From a virus, in the IMG/VR virus record IMGVR_UViG_3300045988_044216, positions 1 through 32,806 of that record: 32,806 bases of DNA. One strand, given 5' to 3'. Below are positions 16,824 to 24,714 of this stretch, piece after piece; position 1 is the first letter of the stretch, and each line of letters opens with the position of its first letter. Both the position numbers and the translations under genes were made by a program. The notes under the pieces were generated by a model that did not search any database, was not told the origin of the DNA, and saw only the letters and a program-made list of their open reading frames with translations.

Positions 16824-17738
16824 ATGAACATCGGAATATTAGCAGTTGATAGTAATTATCCTAATCTCGCATTGATGAAGATAAGCAGCTATCATAAGAC
16901 GAGAGGCGATAGCGTAGAGTGGTATAATCCTCTAGGTATCTATGATAAGGTTTATGCGGCGAAAGTCTTTTCTTTTACCCCAGATTATGTCTATTACATC
17001 AATGCCGATCAAGTCGAGAAAGGCGGTACAGGATATGACATAAGTAAGGTTCTTCCGGTAGAAGTTGATAGAATAGTTCCCGACTATAACCTGTATAACA
17101 TTGATGAGAATTTGGCTTATGGCTTTTTGACAAGGGGCTGCCCTAATCGTTGTAAATGGTGTGTTGTACCTACTAAAGAGGGGAACATCGCTCCTTACAT
17201 GGATATTGCGGAAGTATCTGCCGGGCGAAAAAATGTGATTCTGATGGATAACAATGTACTTGCATCCGACTACGGTTTGCAACAGATCGAAAAAATTGTC
17301 TCCATGGGCGTACGAGTTGACTTTAATCAAGGTTTAGACGCCCGTCTGGTTACGGATGAAATTGCTCAACTACTTGCTAAAGTTAAGTGGATAAAGCGAA
17401 TAAGATTCGGTTGTGATACACCGGGACAGATTGCAGAATGTGAGCGTGCTACGGCTTTGATTGATAAACATGGTTATAAGGGCGAATATTTTTTCTACTG
17501 CATTCTACTGAATGATTTTAAGGAAGCATTTACCCGTGTCAATCATTGGAAGAACAAAGGTCGTCGATTCTTGCCTTACTGCCAGCCTTACAGAGATTTG
17601 AATAATCCGCGTCAGATCATACCGCAATGGCAAAAGGATTTAGCCAGATGGGCCAACAATAAGTGGTTTTTTAGAAGTTGTGAATTTAAAGACTTCGCCC
17701 CACGAAAGGGGTTTGTGTGTAGTGAATATTTCAATTAG
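16824..17738 (+). CDS. Radical SAM enzyme, substrate unknown
   Basis: CPNRCKWC is the canonical CxxxCxxC 4Fe-4S/SAM motif, at residues 106-113 (nt 17139-17162). It is preceded by a ~100-aa N-terminal domain (MNIGILAVDSNYPNLALMKISSYH...). Confidence 0.8.
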   Translation: MNIGILAVDSNYPNLALMKISSYHKTRGDSVEWYNPLGIYDKVYAAKVFSFTPDYVYYINADQVEKGGTGYDISKVLPVEVDRIVPDYNLYNIDENLAYGFLTRGCPNRCKWCVVPTKEGNIAPYMDIAEVSAGRKNVILMDNNVLASDYGLQQIEKIVSMGVRVDFNQGLDARLVTDEIAQLLAKVKWIKRIRFGCDTPGQIAECERATALIDKHGYKGEYFFYCILLNDFKEAFTRVNHWKNKGRRFLPYCQPYRDLNNPRQIIPQWQKDLARWANNKWFFRSCEFKDFAPRKGFVCSEYFN

Positions 17739-17759
17739 AGAATAACTAAAAAAAAAAAT

Positions 17760-18011
17760 ATGAAGACTATTAAAGATTTAACAATCAAGATGACTTATAG
17801 GGTTGGGCTTGGTAATATAGAAGTTCCTGATGAGGTATATAATGCTTTAGCAGAATGTTACGATAGAGGTGGAGATGTCCCCATGCCTGACGAGTGCAGT
17901 ATAACAGGACAGCCCGAACTTGCAGAAGCCGCTGAATGGTTGATTGACAACATTCGGCAAGATGACGCTATGGATTGGGAATTTGAAATTGAGGATTTTG
18001 AAGAAGAATAA
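17760..18011 (+). CDS. Small acidic protein (83 aa)
   Basis: ORF preceded by an A11 run (17748-17758). C-terminus DDAMDWEFEIEDFEEE. Rich in Asp and Glu. Confidence 0.55.
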   Translation: MKTIKDLTIKMTYRVGLGNIEVPDEVYNALAECYDRGGDVPMPDECSITGQPELAEAAEWLIDNIRQDDAMDWEFEIEDFEEE

Positions 18012-18030
18012 CCTTCATAACTGAATAGAA

Positions 18031-18357
18031 ATGAGTAAAAAGAACAATTACCGTTATGTAGCCTATGACGCTGCAAACGGAGACTATGAGGAATTTGAAA
18101 CGCTGAAAGAGGCAGAAGATTGGCTAAAAGAAGGTGATGGAGAAGGTATCTCTGATGAAGCCTGTTGCGGTCAAAACTACATAGCAGAAATTCAGTATCT
18201 TTCAGTTGTCACCAAGACGGATGAAAAATCAAACTATCATGTGCATACAGATAAATGCCCAGAAGATTGCGATGAGGAAGAATGGCCGTATTCAGATGAT
18301 TTTGATTGGATAGGGTATCATTCATACGAGAAGATAGACTGGAGTAAAGAATCATAA
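18031..18357 (+). CDS. Small acidic, Cys-containing protein (108 aa)
   Basis: Contains EACCGQ and HVHTDKCPEDCDEEEWPYSDDFDW, giving many Asp/Glu residues plus Cys/His that could bind a metal. Confidence 0.55.
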   Translation: MSKKNNYRYVAYDAANGDYEEFETLKEAEDWLKEGDGEGISDEACCGQNYIAEIQYLSVVTKTDEKSNYHVHTDKCPEDCDEEEWPYSDDFDWIGYHSYEKIDWSKES

Positions 18358-18367
18358 TTAAAAAGAA

Positions 18368-18580
18368 ATGAAACAATTCGATAAAGGCTGGTGGAACTGC
18401 TTTTTATCCTATACGGATGAATTAGCGCAAATACAACGTGACTTTGACGTGACAGCAAATGCACAGCTCAAAGCTGCTGGCGTTGAAAAGAAAGAGATTG
18501 GGGGTATTCTTAAAACAGAAATAATGTCTGATAAAACGAGAGAATTACTCACAGAGTATAAGGATAATTTAAACCAATAA
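18368..18580 (+). CDS. Hypothetical protein (70 aa)
   Basis: ORF in the co-directional tiling. No motif. Confidence 0.5.
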   Translation: MKQFDKGWWNCFLSYTDELAQIQRDFDVTANAQLKAAGVEKKEIGGILKTEIMSDKTRELLTEYKDNLNQ

Positions 18581-18584
18581 AGAT

Positions 18585-18734
18585 ATGGGAGCAATTATGT
18601 TTTGTATAGCCGTGATAGTAGCAATAGTATGCGGCGCAGGTTTTATAGGCGGCATCGTCTGCCTGTTGTGGGAGATAGCTAAATTTTGGTCTGACCTGAC
18701 GATTGATGACAATGATAAGTTCGATAAGGGTTAA
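18585..18734 (+). CDS. Possible small single-pass membrane protein (49 aa, below the track cutoff)
   Basis: My own translation gives MGAIMFCIAVIVAIVCGAGFIGGIVCLLWEIAKFWSDLTIDDNDKFDKG, with one clear TM helix. Confidence 0.35.
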   Translation: MGAIMFCIAVIVAIVCGAGFIGGIVCLLWEIAKFWSDLTIDDNDKFDKG

Positions 18735-19149
18735 CTTCATAGACATCGCATACTCGATGAATGTGCATGTCTTCATAATATGGGATTTTATTCGCCGATA
18801 TGGCTACGAACGCGGCGTGAGAAAGGATAGGTACGGACGCGGTAATGTAAGTGCCGTAGCGTGCCGTAAATGGATTCATAAGCTGTACGAGTATACACGC
18901 GGACAAGGGTTCTCTTATAAGCAGGATGTGAACAAGGGGCTGTATATTTTCAGAGACGAAAAACGTTTGGCAGAAGAAAAGCGTAACGAACAGGATGTTA
19001 GGCGTGAGTATTCGGTTGATAAGCAGGGAAATATTATCCGTACTACGTACCTTGGTGAAGACGAAGACACCGGGCAAGTGTACCGATGGGATAACTCTTT
19101 TCAGGGATGGAAATATGTCAAAACGATACTGTTTATTAATAAAAAGTAG
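18703..19149 (+). CDS. Hypothetical basic protein, last gene of the early unit
   Basis: ATG options at 18703, 18706, 18712 and 18757. Lys/Arg-rich (RRYGYERGVRKDRYGRG, EKRLAEEKRNEQDVRRE). Followed by a strong + strand terminator, so I prefer it over the fully overlapping minus-strand ORF 18679..19152. Confidence 0.55.
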   Translation: MMTMISSIRVNFIDIAYSMNVHVFIIWDFIRRYGYERGVRKDRYGRGNVSAVACRKWIHKLYEYTRGQGFSYKQDVNKGLYIFRDEKRLAEEKRNEQDVRREYSVDKQGNIIRTTYLGEDEDTGQVYRWDNSFQGWKYVKTILFINKK

Positions 19150-19192
19150 CAAGATGTAAAGGACAATATAGCTTTCACATTGATAGGTATTG

Positions 19193-19235
19193 GGGCTGGT
19201 TTGATGTTAGATTGTCAAATCAGCCCTTTCTTTTT
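19193..19235 (+). terminator. Rho-independent terminator ending the early unit
   Basis: A 12-bp stem, GGGCTGGTTTGA (19193-19204) paired with TCAAATCAGCCC (19215-19226), including one G-U pair, then TTTCTTTTT. Confidence 0.8.
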
Positions 19236-19347
19236 ACCGCGTTTCGCGTGGGCTTTTTTGCCATCAGACCGTAAAAAGAAGCGTTTTTGTCCGAATTTCA
19301 GTAAAAGTAATAAATTATGATGTATTAAATTTAACAGGGCTAAAATG

Positions 19348-19842
19348 TGTAACAGATAACTCTCTGATATATAGTATGTTAGAAAATGCCAAAAATGTAT
19401 TTGTCACGGATAACTATCTGATCTGTTGGTAGTTAGCTATAAATAAAAAATACTGACGTACCGTTTTTGTAGCACCTTTTGTAACACCTAACTTACTGAT
19501 CTATAATTACTTATTATTACTGTTACCACAATATATATTATTTATATAAAAGAGTATATAGATAATATACTATATATTGCAATGTAGAGATAGCAATATA
19601 TGGTATATATTTCTCTTGAAGCTCAAGGGCGTTTTTCTGTAACAGTGTAACACTTGGAGGTAAGTGGTTGAGTATCACGGAGTTATCCGTGACAAAAGGT
19701 GTTACAAACTTTTTGGTCAAAAAGTCGGTTTTTTAGATAAGTATCTGTAGGTGAGCGAGTTATCCGTGACAGAGGCTTTTTGGCGTTTTTGATTAACTTA
19801 TTGAATTTCAATTAGTTATCTGTGACAAAAAGTTTGTAACAG
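19348..19842. repeat. Noncoding iteron-like module B, paralogous to 3492-3880
   Basis: Forward 23-nt units at 19348-19370, 19402-19424 and 19480-19502. AT-rich core at about 19520-19615. Reverse 12-mers GTTATCCGTGAC at 19682-19693 and 19759-19770, and GTTATCTGTGAC at 19815-19826. TGTAAC/GTTACA hexamers at 19638, 19646, 19701 and 19835. Confidence 0.8.
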
Positions 19843-20007
19843 TAAATTTTATTGGTAAGTATGTATTACTTTGGTCTAAAATTCCTGTTAACCACACTCT
19901 TGCGGGTTTTGGATAAAATCGAGCCGTAGATATACGGTAGGCAGCAAAGATAGTTGATGTGTGGTTATAATACAAATGTCGGGCAGTCGTATTTGAGAAC
20001 TTAACCC

Positions 20008-20042
20008 GGTTTGCTTTTCTGCTATAAGTGATGTACTTTTGT
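20008..20042 (+). promoter_or_regulatory. Late promoter (-33 TTTG at 20010-20013, -7 TACTTTTG at 20034-20041)
   Basis: GGTTTGCTTTTCTGCTATAAGTGATGTACTTTTGT fits the Bacteroides TTTG ... TAnnTTTG architecture. A ~28/35 identical copy lies at 22891-22925. Confidence 0.65.
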
Positions 20043-20113
20043 ATCACAATCAAGTGACTGTGCGATTTCGCACACCCGCGAAACCCTTATATACTTATTA
20101 ATCCCCCTACGAT

Positions 20114-20734
20114 ATGGCAGGAAGAAAGAAGAACTCAACAGATACTAAAAAAGATATAGTGAAAGGCGCGGCTACGGGCATAGCCCCCGTACCGATGCCG
20201 CACATAGCTGCTTGCTCACAGCTTTACGAGATCGTGCAGACTCGCGGCACTCACGGTGCGGTATTGCGCTGCCTGGACGATTGCATTAACTACGTAGCCG
20301 AGTATATGCGGTTCTGCGCCGATAACCCGTTTATTTCTTACGAGATACTGAGAGGCGGGAGCGCAGCAGGTACTAAAGTGGAAGTGGAAAAGAAACGTTC
20401 TCCGTCCGTTGGCGGTTTCTGCCTGTTTATCGGATGGAGCATAAGAACCTTTAATAAGAATATGGAAAGACTTGAAAAGCTTGTGACTGATGGCGATAGC
20501 GAAGCTGCTAACCTGTTGCTTGGTTATTCCCTTATAAAGGAATTGATAACCACGGAGATGGACGAGGCGGCTTTGGCAGGTATGGTAGATGCTTCGTATA
20601 TGGCGAGACTGCGCGGTTTGCGTGACCTTAAGGACGTAACCAGCAACGGTAAAGAAGCGGGCACAAAAGCCATGCAGATAAACGTGCTGTCTACCGAGGC
20701 GGTCGAGAATCTTAAGAAGCTGGGGGGCATCTAA
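20114..20734 (+). CDS. terS: Terminase small subunit
   Basis: Directly upstream of terL, sharing one nt with it. Basic N-terminus, and RSPSVGGFCLFIGWSIRTFNKNMERL resembles the HTH segment of gp3-type small terminases. Confidence 0.65.
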   Translation: MAGRKKNSTDTKKDIVKGAATGIAPVPMPHIAACSQLYEIVQTRGTHGAVLRCLDDCINYVAEYMRFCADNPFISYEILRGGSAAGTKVEVEKKRSPSVGGFCLFIGWSIRTFNKNMERLEKLVTDGDSEAANLLLGYSLIKELITTEMDEAALAGMVDASYMARLRGLRDLKDVTSNGKEAGTKAMQINVLSTEAVENLKKLGGI

Positions 20735-21879
20735 TGAACGTGACATTCACATTCGAGAAGCTGTTGGCGGCATTCGTCGATCCACGTATCCGTGGCGTAG
20801 CGAGCAAAGGGGGTACGCGATCCGGCAAAACATGGGCAGTATTGCAGCTATTGCACCTGCTTTGCAAACAGTCCGAGAAACCTCTTATCGTTTCTTGTGT
20901 GGCGGCAACGCTGCCGATGGTAAAGCGAGGCATGCAGCGTGACTTTAAAACGATGCTGGTAGGAGAAAACGATTGGGACGAGAATGCTTTTAATAAGTCT
21001 GAGGGTTCTTATACATACCCTAATGGCTGCATGATTGAGTTCTTTGGTGTTGACAATGCAAGCAAGGTTCACGGCTCGGCACGTGACATCCTGTTTGTCA
21101 ATGAGGCACAGGGCGTACCGCGCGAGATATTCAGACAGTTGGATGTCCGTACCCGCAAAAAGGTTATCATCGATTTTAACCCTGTGCGAAAGTTCTGGGG
21201 TGAGACCGAGTTCGTAGGCGAACGGTATGTCACGATACGTTCCACATACAGGGATAACCCGTACTTAAGCAAAGAACAGGTGGCTGCCATAGAGAAGAAC
21301 CGAAGCGATGCAAACTGGTGGCGCGTCTATGGCGAGGGCGAGACAGGCGGCGTAGAGGGTAACGTTTATCCATCATACGAGGTTATAGATGACATGCCGG
21401 AAACGTTCACAGGCCGGTGCCTCGGTCTTGACTTTGGGTTTGTCAACGATCCGACCGCAATAGTCGACATCCGATTCATTGGGTGGGATTTATACGTAGA
21501 CCTACTTTGCTATGAAACCGGGCTGCTTAATTCCCACATAGCCGACTATCTTGTGCGCAATGAACTTAACCGGGTAGTGACGGTGTGCGATAATGCTGAG
21601 CAAAAGTCTATCGTAGAGTTACAGGGTAAGCGCGTAAAAGCTATGCCATGCGTGAAAGGGCGCGGATCAGTCGCCGGGGGGATCGCGCAGGTTAAACAGT
21701 TCAAGTTGCATGTCACCAAACGCTCGGTCAAGCTACTTGACGAGCTTGATAACTACAAGTGGATCAAAGACGAGGCGACCGACACGTACACAAACGAACC
21801 GATCGACGCGTGGAACCACGCCCTTGACGCAATGAGATATGGGGTTGATTATCTAATTAGAAAATATAGACCAAAATGA
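20734..21879 (+). CDS. terL: Terminase large subunit
   Basis: Walker A GGTRSGKT, Walker B-like ILFVNEAQ. Nuclease motifs LGLDFGFVNDPTA, VCDNAEQKS and NHALDAMRY. Confidence 0.9.
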   Translation: MNVTFTFEKLLAAFVDPRIRGVASKGGTRSGKTWAVLQLLHLLCKQSEKPLIVSCVAATLPMVKRGMQRDFKTMLVGENDWDENAFNKSEGSYTYPNGCMIEFFGVDNASKVHGSARDILFVNEAQGVPREIFRQLDVRTRKKVIIDFNPVRKFWGETEFVGERYVTIRSTYRDNPYLSKEQVAAIEKNRSDANWWRVYGEGETGGVEGNVYPSYEVIDDMPETFTGRCLGLDFGFVNDPTAIVDIRFIGWDLYVDLLCYETGLLNSHIADYLVRNELNRVVTVCDNAEQKSIVELQGKRVKAMPCVKGRGSVAGGIAQVKQFKLHVTKRSVKLLDELDNYKWIKDEATDTYTNEPIDAWNHALDAMRYGVDYLIRKYRPK

Positions 21880-22487
21880 TTAAACTTATTAAAAACTTGG
21901 GTTTTAAGTTCAGCATGTTGTACAATCGTAAACTATTGTTGAGAATAGCCAACATGCCTGCTGATGGCACAGTGGCTCTTACAAGGGACGAAGAGAAGTT
22001 GCTGACCAAAATGGTTAAGTATACCCAGCCGTCACAGGTAGTAACCCGTAACGGAAAGGCTGTGTTCCGGCTTAAGAGCATCGAAGAAATAGGGCTGTGG
22101 GACATGTTGGAGACGCGTAGGGCAGAAACGCCTATCGGACGTATAGAAGCATGGACGAACTTCAATTATTCGCCTACGACGATCGCAGATGCTGCAAAAG
22201 CGGACAAGTATATCGTGCAGCAACTCGAAATCGCAGACGGCTTGGAACAGGTCATCTTTCAGAATATGCGTAATACGGGTGAAAGCGCGCTGACTGGAAC
22301 CGAAGAAATCCGGCAGGCAAAGAACTTGCTCGGTCTTGTGCAGGTCACGGCCGAACTTTTTCATTGTTCGTTTGAGGACGCGAAGAAGATGAACTACTCA
22401 GACGCCATGCTCGCCATTGCCAAACGTAATGACGAGATAGAGAAAGAGAAGAAAGAACTTAAGAAACAACAATCTAAATATAGGTAA
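21876..22487 (+). CDS. Hypothetical late protein (203 aa)
   Basis: ATGA overlap with terL. Lys/Glu-rich C-terminus. No motif. Confidence 0.6.
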   Translation: MIKLIKNLGFKFSMLYNRKLLLRIANMPADGTVALTRDEEKLLTKMVKYTQPSQVVTRNGKAVFRLKSIEEIGLWDMLETRRAETPIGRIEAWTNFNYSPTTIADAAKADKYIVQQLEIADGLEQVIFQNMRNTGESALTGTEEIRQAKNLLGLVQVTAELFHCSFEDAKKMNYSDAMLAIAKRNDEIEKEKKELKKQQSKYR

Positions 22488-22488
22488 C

Positions 22489-22887
22489 ATGAGTTTCGGA
22501 GACATACTAAACAAAGCAAGCGCGCGGGCTTTCCAGATGGGGAAGTCGCTCGTATTCGGGCCGACCGAGGTACAGAACGTAGCTGCCAACGATATTAGCG
22601 ATGACTTTTTCACGCTGGACGTTACCTCAGGTTCATATACGGATCCTAACGTCCCTAATACCGTGGCATATACGTTAGTCATTCGCTGCATGGGCATATC
22701 GGCTTATATGCGCGATGATGCCGTAGAGATTGACACACTGGTACGCACAGACCTGTTATTGCAGGAATTCTTGAAAACATTCATCTGTACAACCGAGGTG
22801 AGCAACATCCGCATCAGCAAGGTTCAAAACCAGTATGATAGCATAAAGTCAGGGTGGGAAGCGGTCTTGGATGTGTACCAGACTTAG
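22489..22887 (+). CDS. Hypothetical late protein (132 aa), possibly a neck/connector component
   Basis: Based on size and position only. Confidence 0.55.
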   Translation: MSFGDILNKASARAFQMGKSLVFGPTEVQNVAANDISDDFFTLDVTSGSYTDPNVPNTVAYTLVIRCMGISAYMRDDAVEIDTLVRTDLLLQEFLKTFICTTEVSNIRISKVQNQYDSIKSGWEAVLDVYQT

Positions 22888-22890
22888 TAA

Positions 22891-22925
22891 GGTTTGCTTT
22901 GCTGCTATGTGCTTCGTACTTTTGT
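22891..22925 (+). promoter_or_regulatory. Second copy of the late promoter (-7 TACTTTTG at 22917-22924)
   Basis: GGTTTGCTTTGCTGCTATGTGCTTCGTACTTTTGT aligns without gaps to 20008-20042. Confidence 0.65.
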
Positions 22926-22948
22926 CGGAAACTTAATTGCAGAACGAT

Positions 22949-23296
22949 ATGAAGATCATAAGAAACAAATTCATCCCCTTTCCGGGCTTTAAGGCTATCA
23001 ACTTGTTTGGTATCCTGTTCGTGCGTGGTAACGCTACCATCAGCCAAGAAGTGATTAACCATGAGAGCATACACACAGCGCAAATGAAGGAAATGCTTTA
23101 CATACCGTTCTATTTGTGGTACTGCATTGAATACGTTTACCGCATGTTCTGGTACGCGAAGAAATCGAACAAACCCAAAGCTAAAGATCCGTACCACGCA
23201 TTGAGCTTTGAACGTGAGGCATACCAAAACGAGAACACACCCGACTACCTCGAACACAGGTCGTTCTGGGAGTGGACAAAATACTTTAAGTACTAA
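22949..23296 (+). CDS. Small HExxH-motif protein (putative minimal zinc metallopeptidase)
   Basis: INHESIHTAQ contains HExxH. Followed by an aromatic hydrophobic helix (LYIPFYLWYCIEYVYRMFWY) and a FEREAY segment. ATG 22949 is preferred over the track TTG at 22937. Confidence 0.6.
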   Translation: MKIIRNKFIPFPGFKAINLFGILFVRGNATISQEVINHESIHTAQMKEMLYIPFYLWYCIEYVYRMFWYAKKSNKPKAKDPYHALSFEREAYQNENTPDYLEHRSFWEWTKYFKY

Positions 23297-23730
23297 TGGA
23301 CAGCGAGGTAGTTAAAATAGTACAGGGCGTTCGCGATGAAATCGTAGCTAACTACTACCGCATGAAGTTGAACGCATCCGGCGAGTTTGCCGAAAAGACA
23401 CAGGTGATCGAAGACGGAGGAGGTGTTAAGATAGTAGCACCATCTTATATATATCAGATGGAAGACGGACGCAAGCCTGGCACTATGCCGCCTGTGTCCG
23501 TCATCAAAAAATGGATACGGGACAAGAACGCCAACGCAGGGACGGACATCCCCGAAAGCGCGGCATGGGCTATCGCTTATGTCATCAAACGAGATGGTAT
23601 CACGGTGCCTAACGAGTTTAACGAGGGTGGGGTAGCGAGTAGCATATTAACACCCGATTTGGTAAAGCGCGTGACCGTAGAAATCAACCGCATAGTCGCT
23701 GCAAGAATATTAACGATTTTAACTAAATAG
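23296..23730 (+). CDS. Virion protein, possibly an HK97 gp10-like head-tail/tail-completion protein
   Basis: 144 aa. APSYIYQMEDGRKPG resembles the Ya..vEfG segment of gp10-like proteins. Weak assignment. Confidence 0.5.
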   Translation: MDSEVVKIVQGVRDEIVANYYRMKLNASGEFAEKTQVIEDGGGVKIVAPSYIYQMEDGRKPGTMPPVSVIKKWIRDKNANAGTDIPESAAWAIAYVIKRDGITVPNEFNEGGVASSILTPDLVKRVTVEINRIVAARILTILTK

Positions 23731-23732
23731 AT

Positions 23733-24710
23733 ATGATAGTCAGAAACTTACTAAATAACGTTGCCGCTTCTGGCAACGGGACGCTTGACTTATCCGGCAT
23801 CGGCGCGGGAATATATGCGCCTGTTCGGTTTGAGAGCGTAGGCAGCGTTACATCTATTCGACTGATATACTATCGTGGCGGTTCTTCTACTGGCGTATTC
23901 GCGACCGTTATACCATACGAGAATACCGTAGTAGACGTTTCGTCTATGGCTTCTGCCGTGCCATCTATTATGGAAGTGACTAAAACATCCGCAGGCAGTA
24001 TATGGGATTACGTGATAGTTAATTACGTAGAGGGAAGCACTACTTACAATCTGACTCTACGAGTTATCAACAACTCGTGCGCCAAAGCGAAGTATGCCAC
24101 AAGCTCAAGTACTGCAAACCTTACTGACTATGGCAACGGGAAGTTCAATCGCCTGGACTCAGCATTAAGTTACGTGTCTCCACTGACGGGTCAGCCATTC
24201 AACAATAAGGTGATGTACGGTCAGACAGCCAACGCGCAATATCTGGGCGGCTCGATAACCAACGGGTATATGTGGAATATTGCAAATCCGGGAAACGTAA
24301 CGTTGACTAACAATTCGGGCGGTGTGTGGGGATACGTGACTTATGAACGCAAACAACCTTACTGCCCCGATGCCAAAAAGCGCGTTACGCTGAAATGGCT
24401 TAACTCGTACGGCTTGTATGATAGCATGTACTTCCTGCAATATCGTATCCAGCCTACTTATCAGACCAACTATTCGGGTGGCAACCGCGTAACGTCATAT
24501 AACGTAACGGTGAGCGTAGTGGTTACGAGTGATAATGAGAACGCTTTGTACTGGTTATCCCGGTCAGCCGATGTGCAGGGGGTGCTCCCGATTGCCACTA
24601 ACCAATGGGCGAAAGTCACCATCACGAACCCGACCGCGTTCAACTCACAAGGCGGCGCGTTAGGTAGGGCTGTAAGCTATACATGCAAGTTTGAAATTGT
24701 AGAACCTTAA
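23733..24710 (+). CDS. Virion structural protein (325 aa; candidate tail/baseplate component)
   Basis: Ser/Thr/Asn/Gly-rich, beta-type composition. Lies in the tail gene block. No diagnostic motif. Confidence 0.6.
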   Translation: MIVRNLLNNVAASGNGTLDLSGIGAGIYAPVRFESVGSVTSIRLIYYRGGSSTGVFATVIPYENTVVDVSSMASAVPSIMEVTKTSAGSIWDYVIVNYVEGSTTYNLTLRVINNSCAKAKYATSSSTANLTDYGNGKFNRLDSALSYVSPLTGQPFNNKVMYGQTANAQYLGGSITNGYMWNIANPGNVTLTNNSGGVWGYVTYERKQPYCPDAKKRVTLKWLNSYGLYDSMYFLQYRIQPTYQTNYSGGNRVTSYNVTVSVVVTSDNENALYWLSRSADVQGVLPIATNQWAKVTITNPTAFNSQGGALGRAVSYTCKFEIVEP

Positions 24711-24714
24711 AGAC

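Noticed and set aside
18679-19152. Minus-strand ORF of 157 aa that spans exactly the same interval as the + strand ORF 18703..19149
   Set aside because: The minus-strand product is Leu/Phe/Ile-rich with a typical antisense composition. The + strand product has a balanced charged composition, continues the co-directional tiling and is followed by a + strand terminator.
19538-20053. Minus-strand ORFs 19538..19720 (60 aa) and 19808..20053 (81 aa) in the large noncoding gap
   Set aside because: They run through the AT-rich core and the 12-mer repeats, have low-complexity Tyr/Ile/Thr-rich products, and have no TAnnTTTG box in the right orientation. They would be the only minus-strand genes in the genome.
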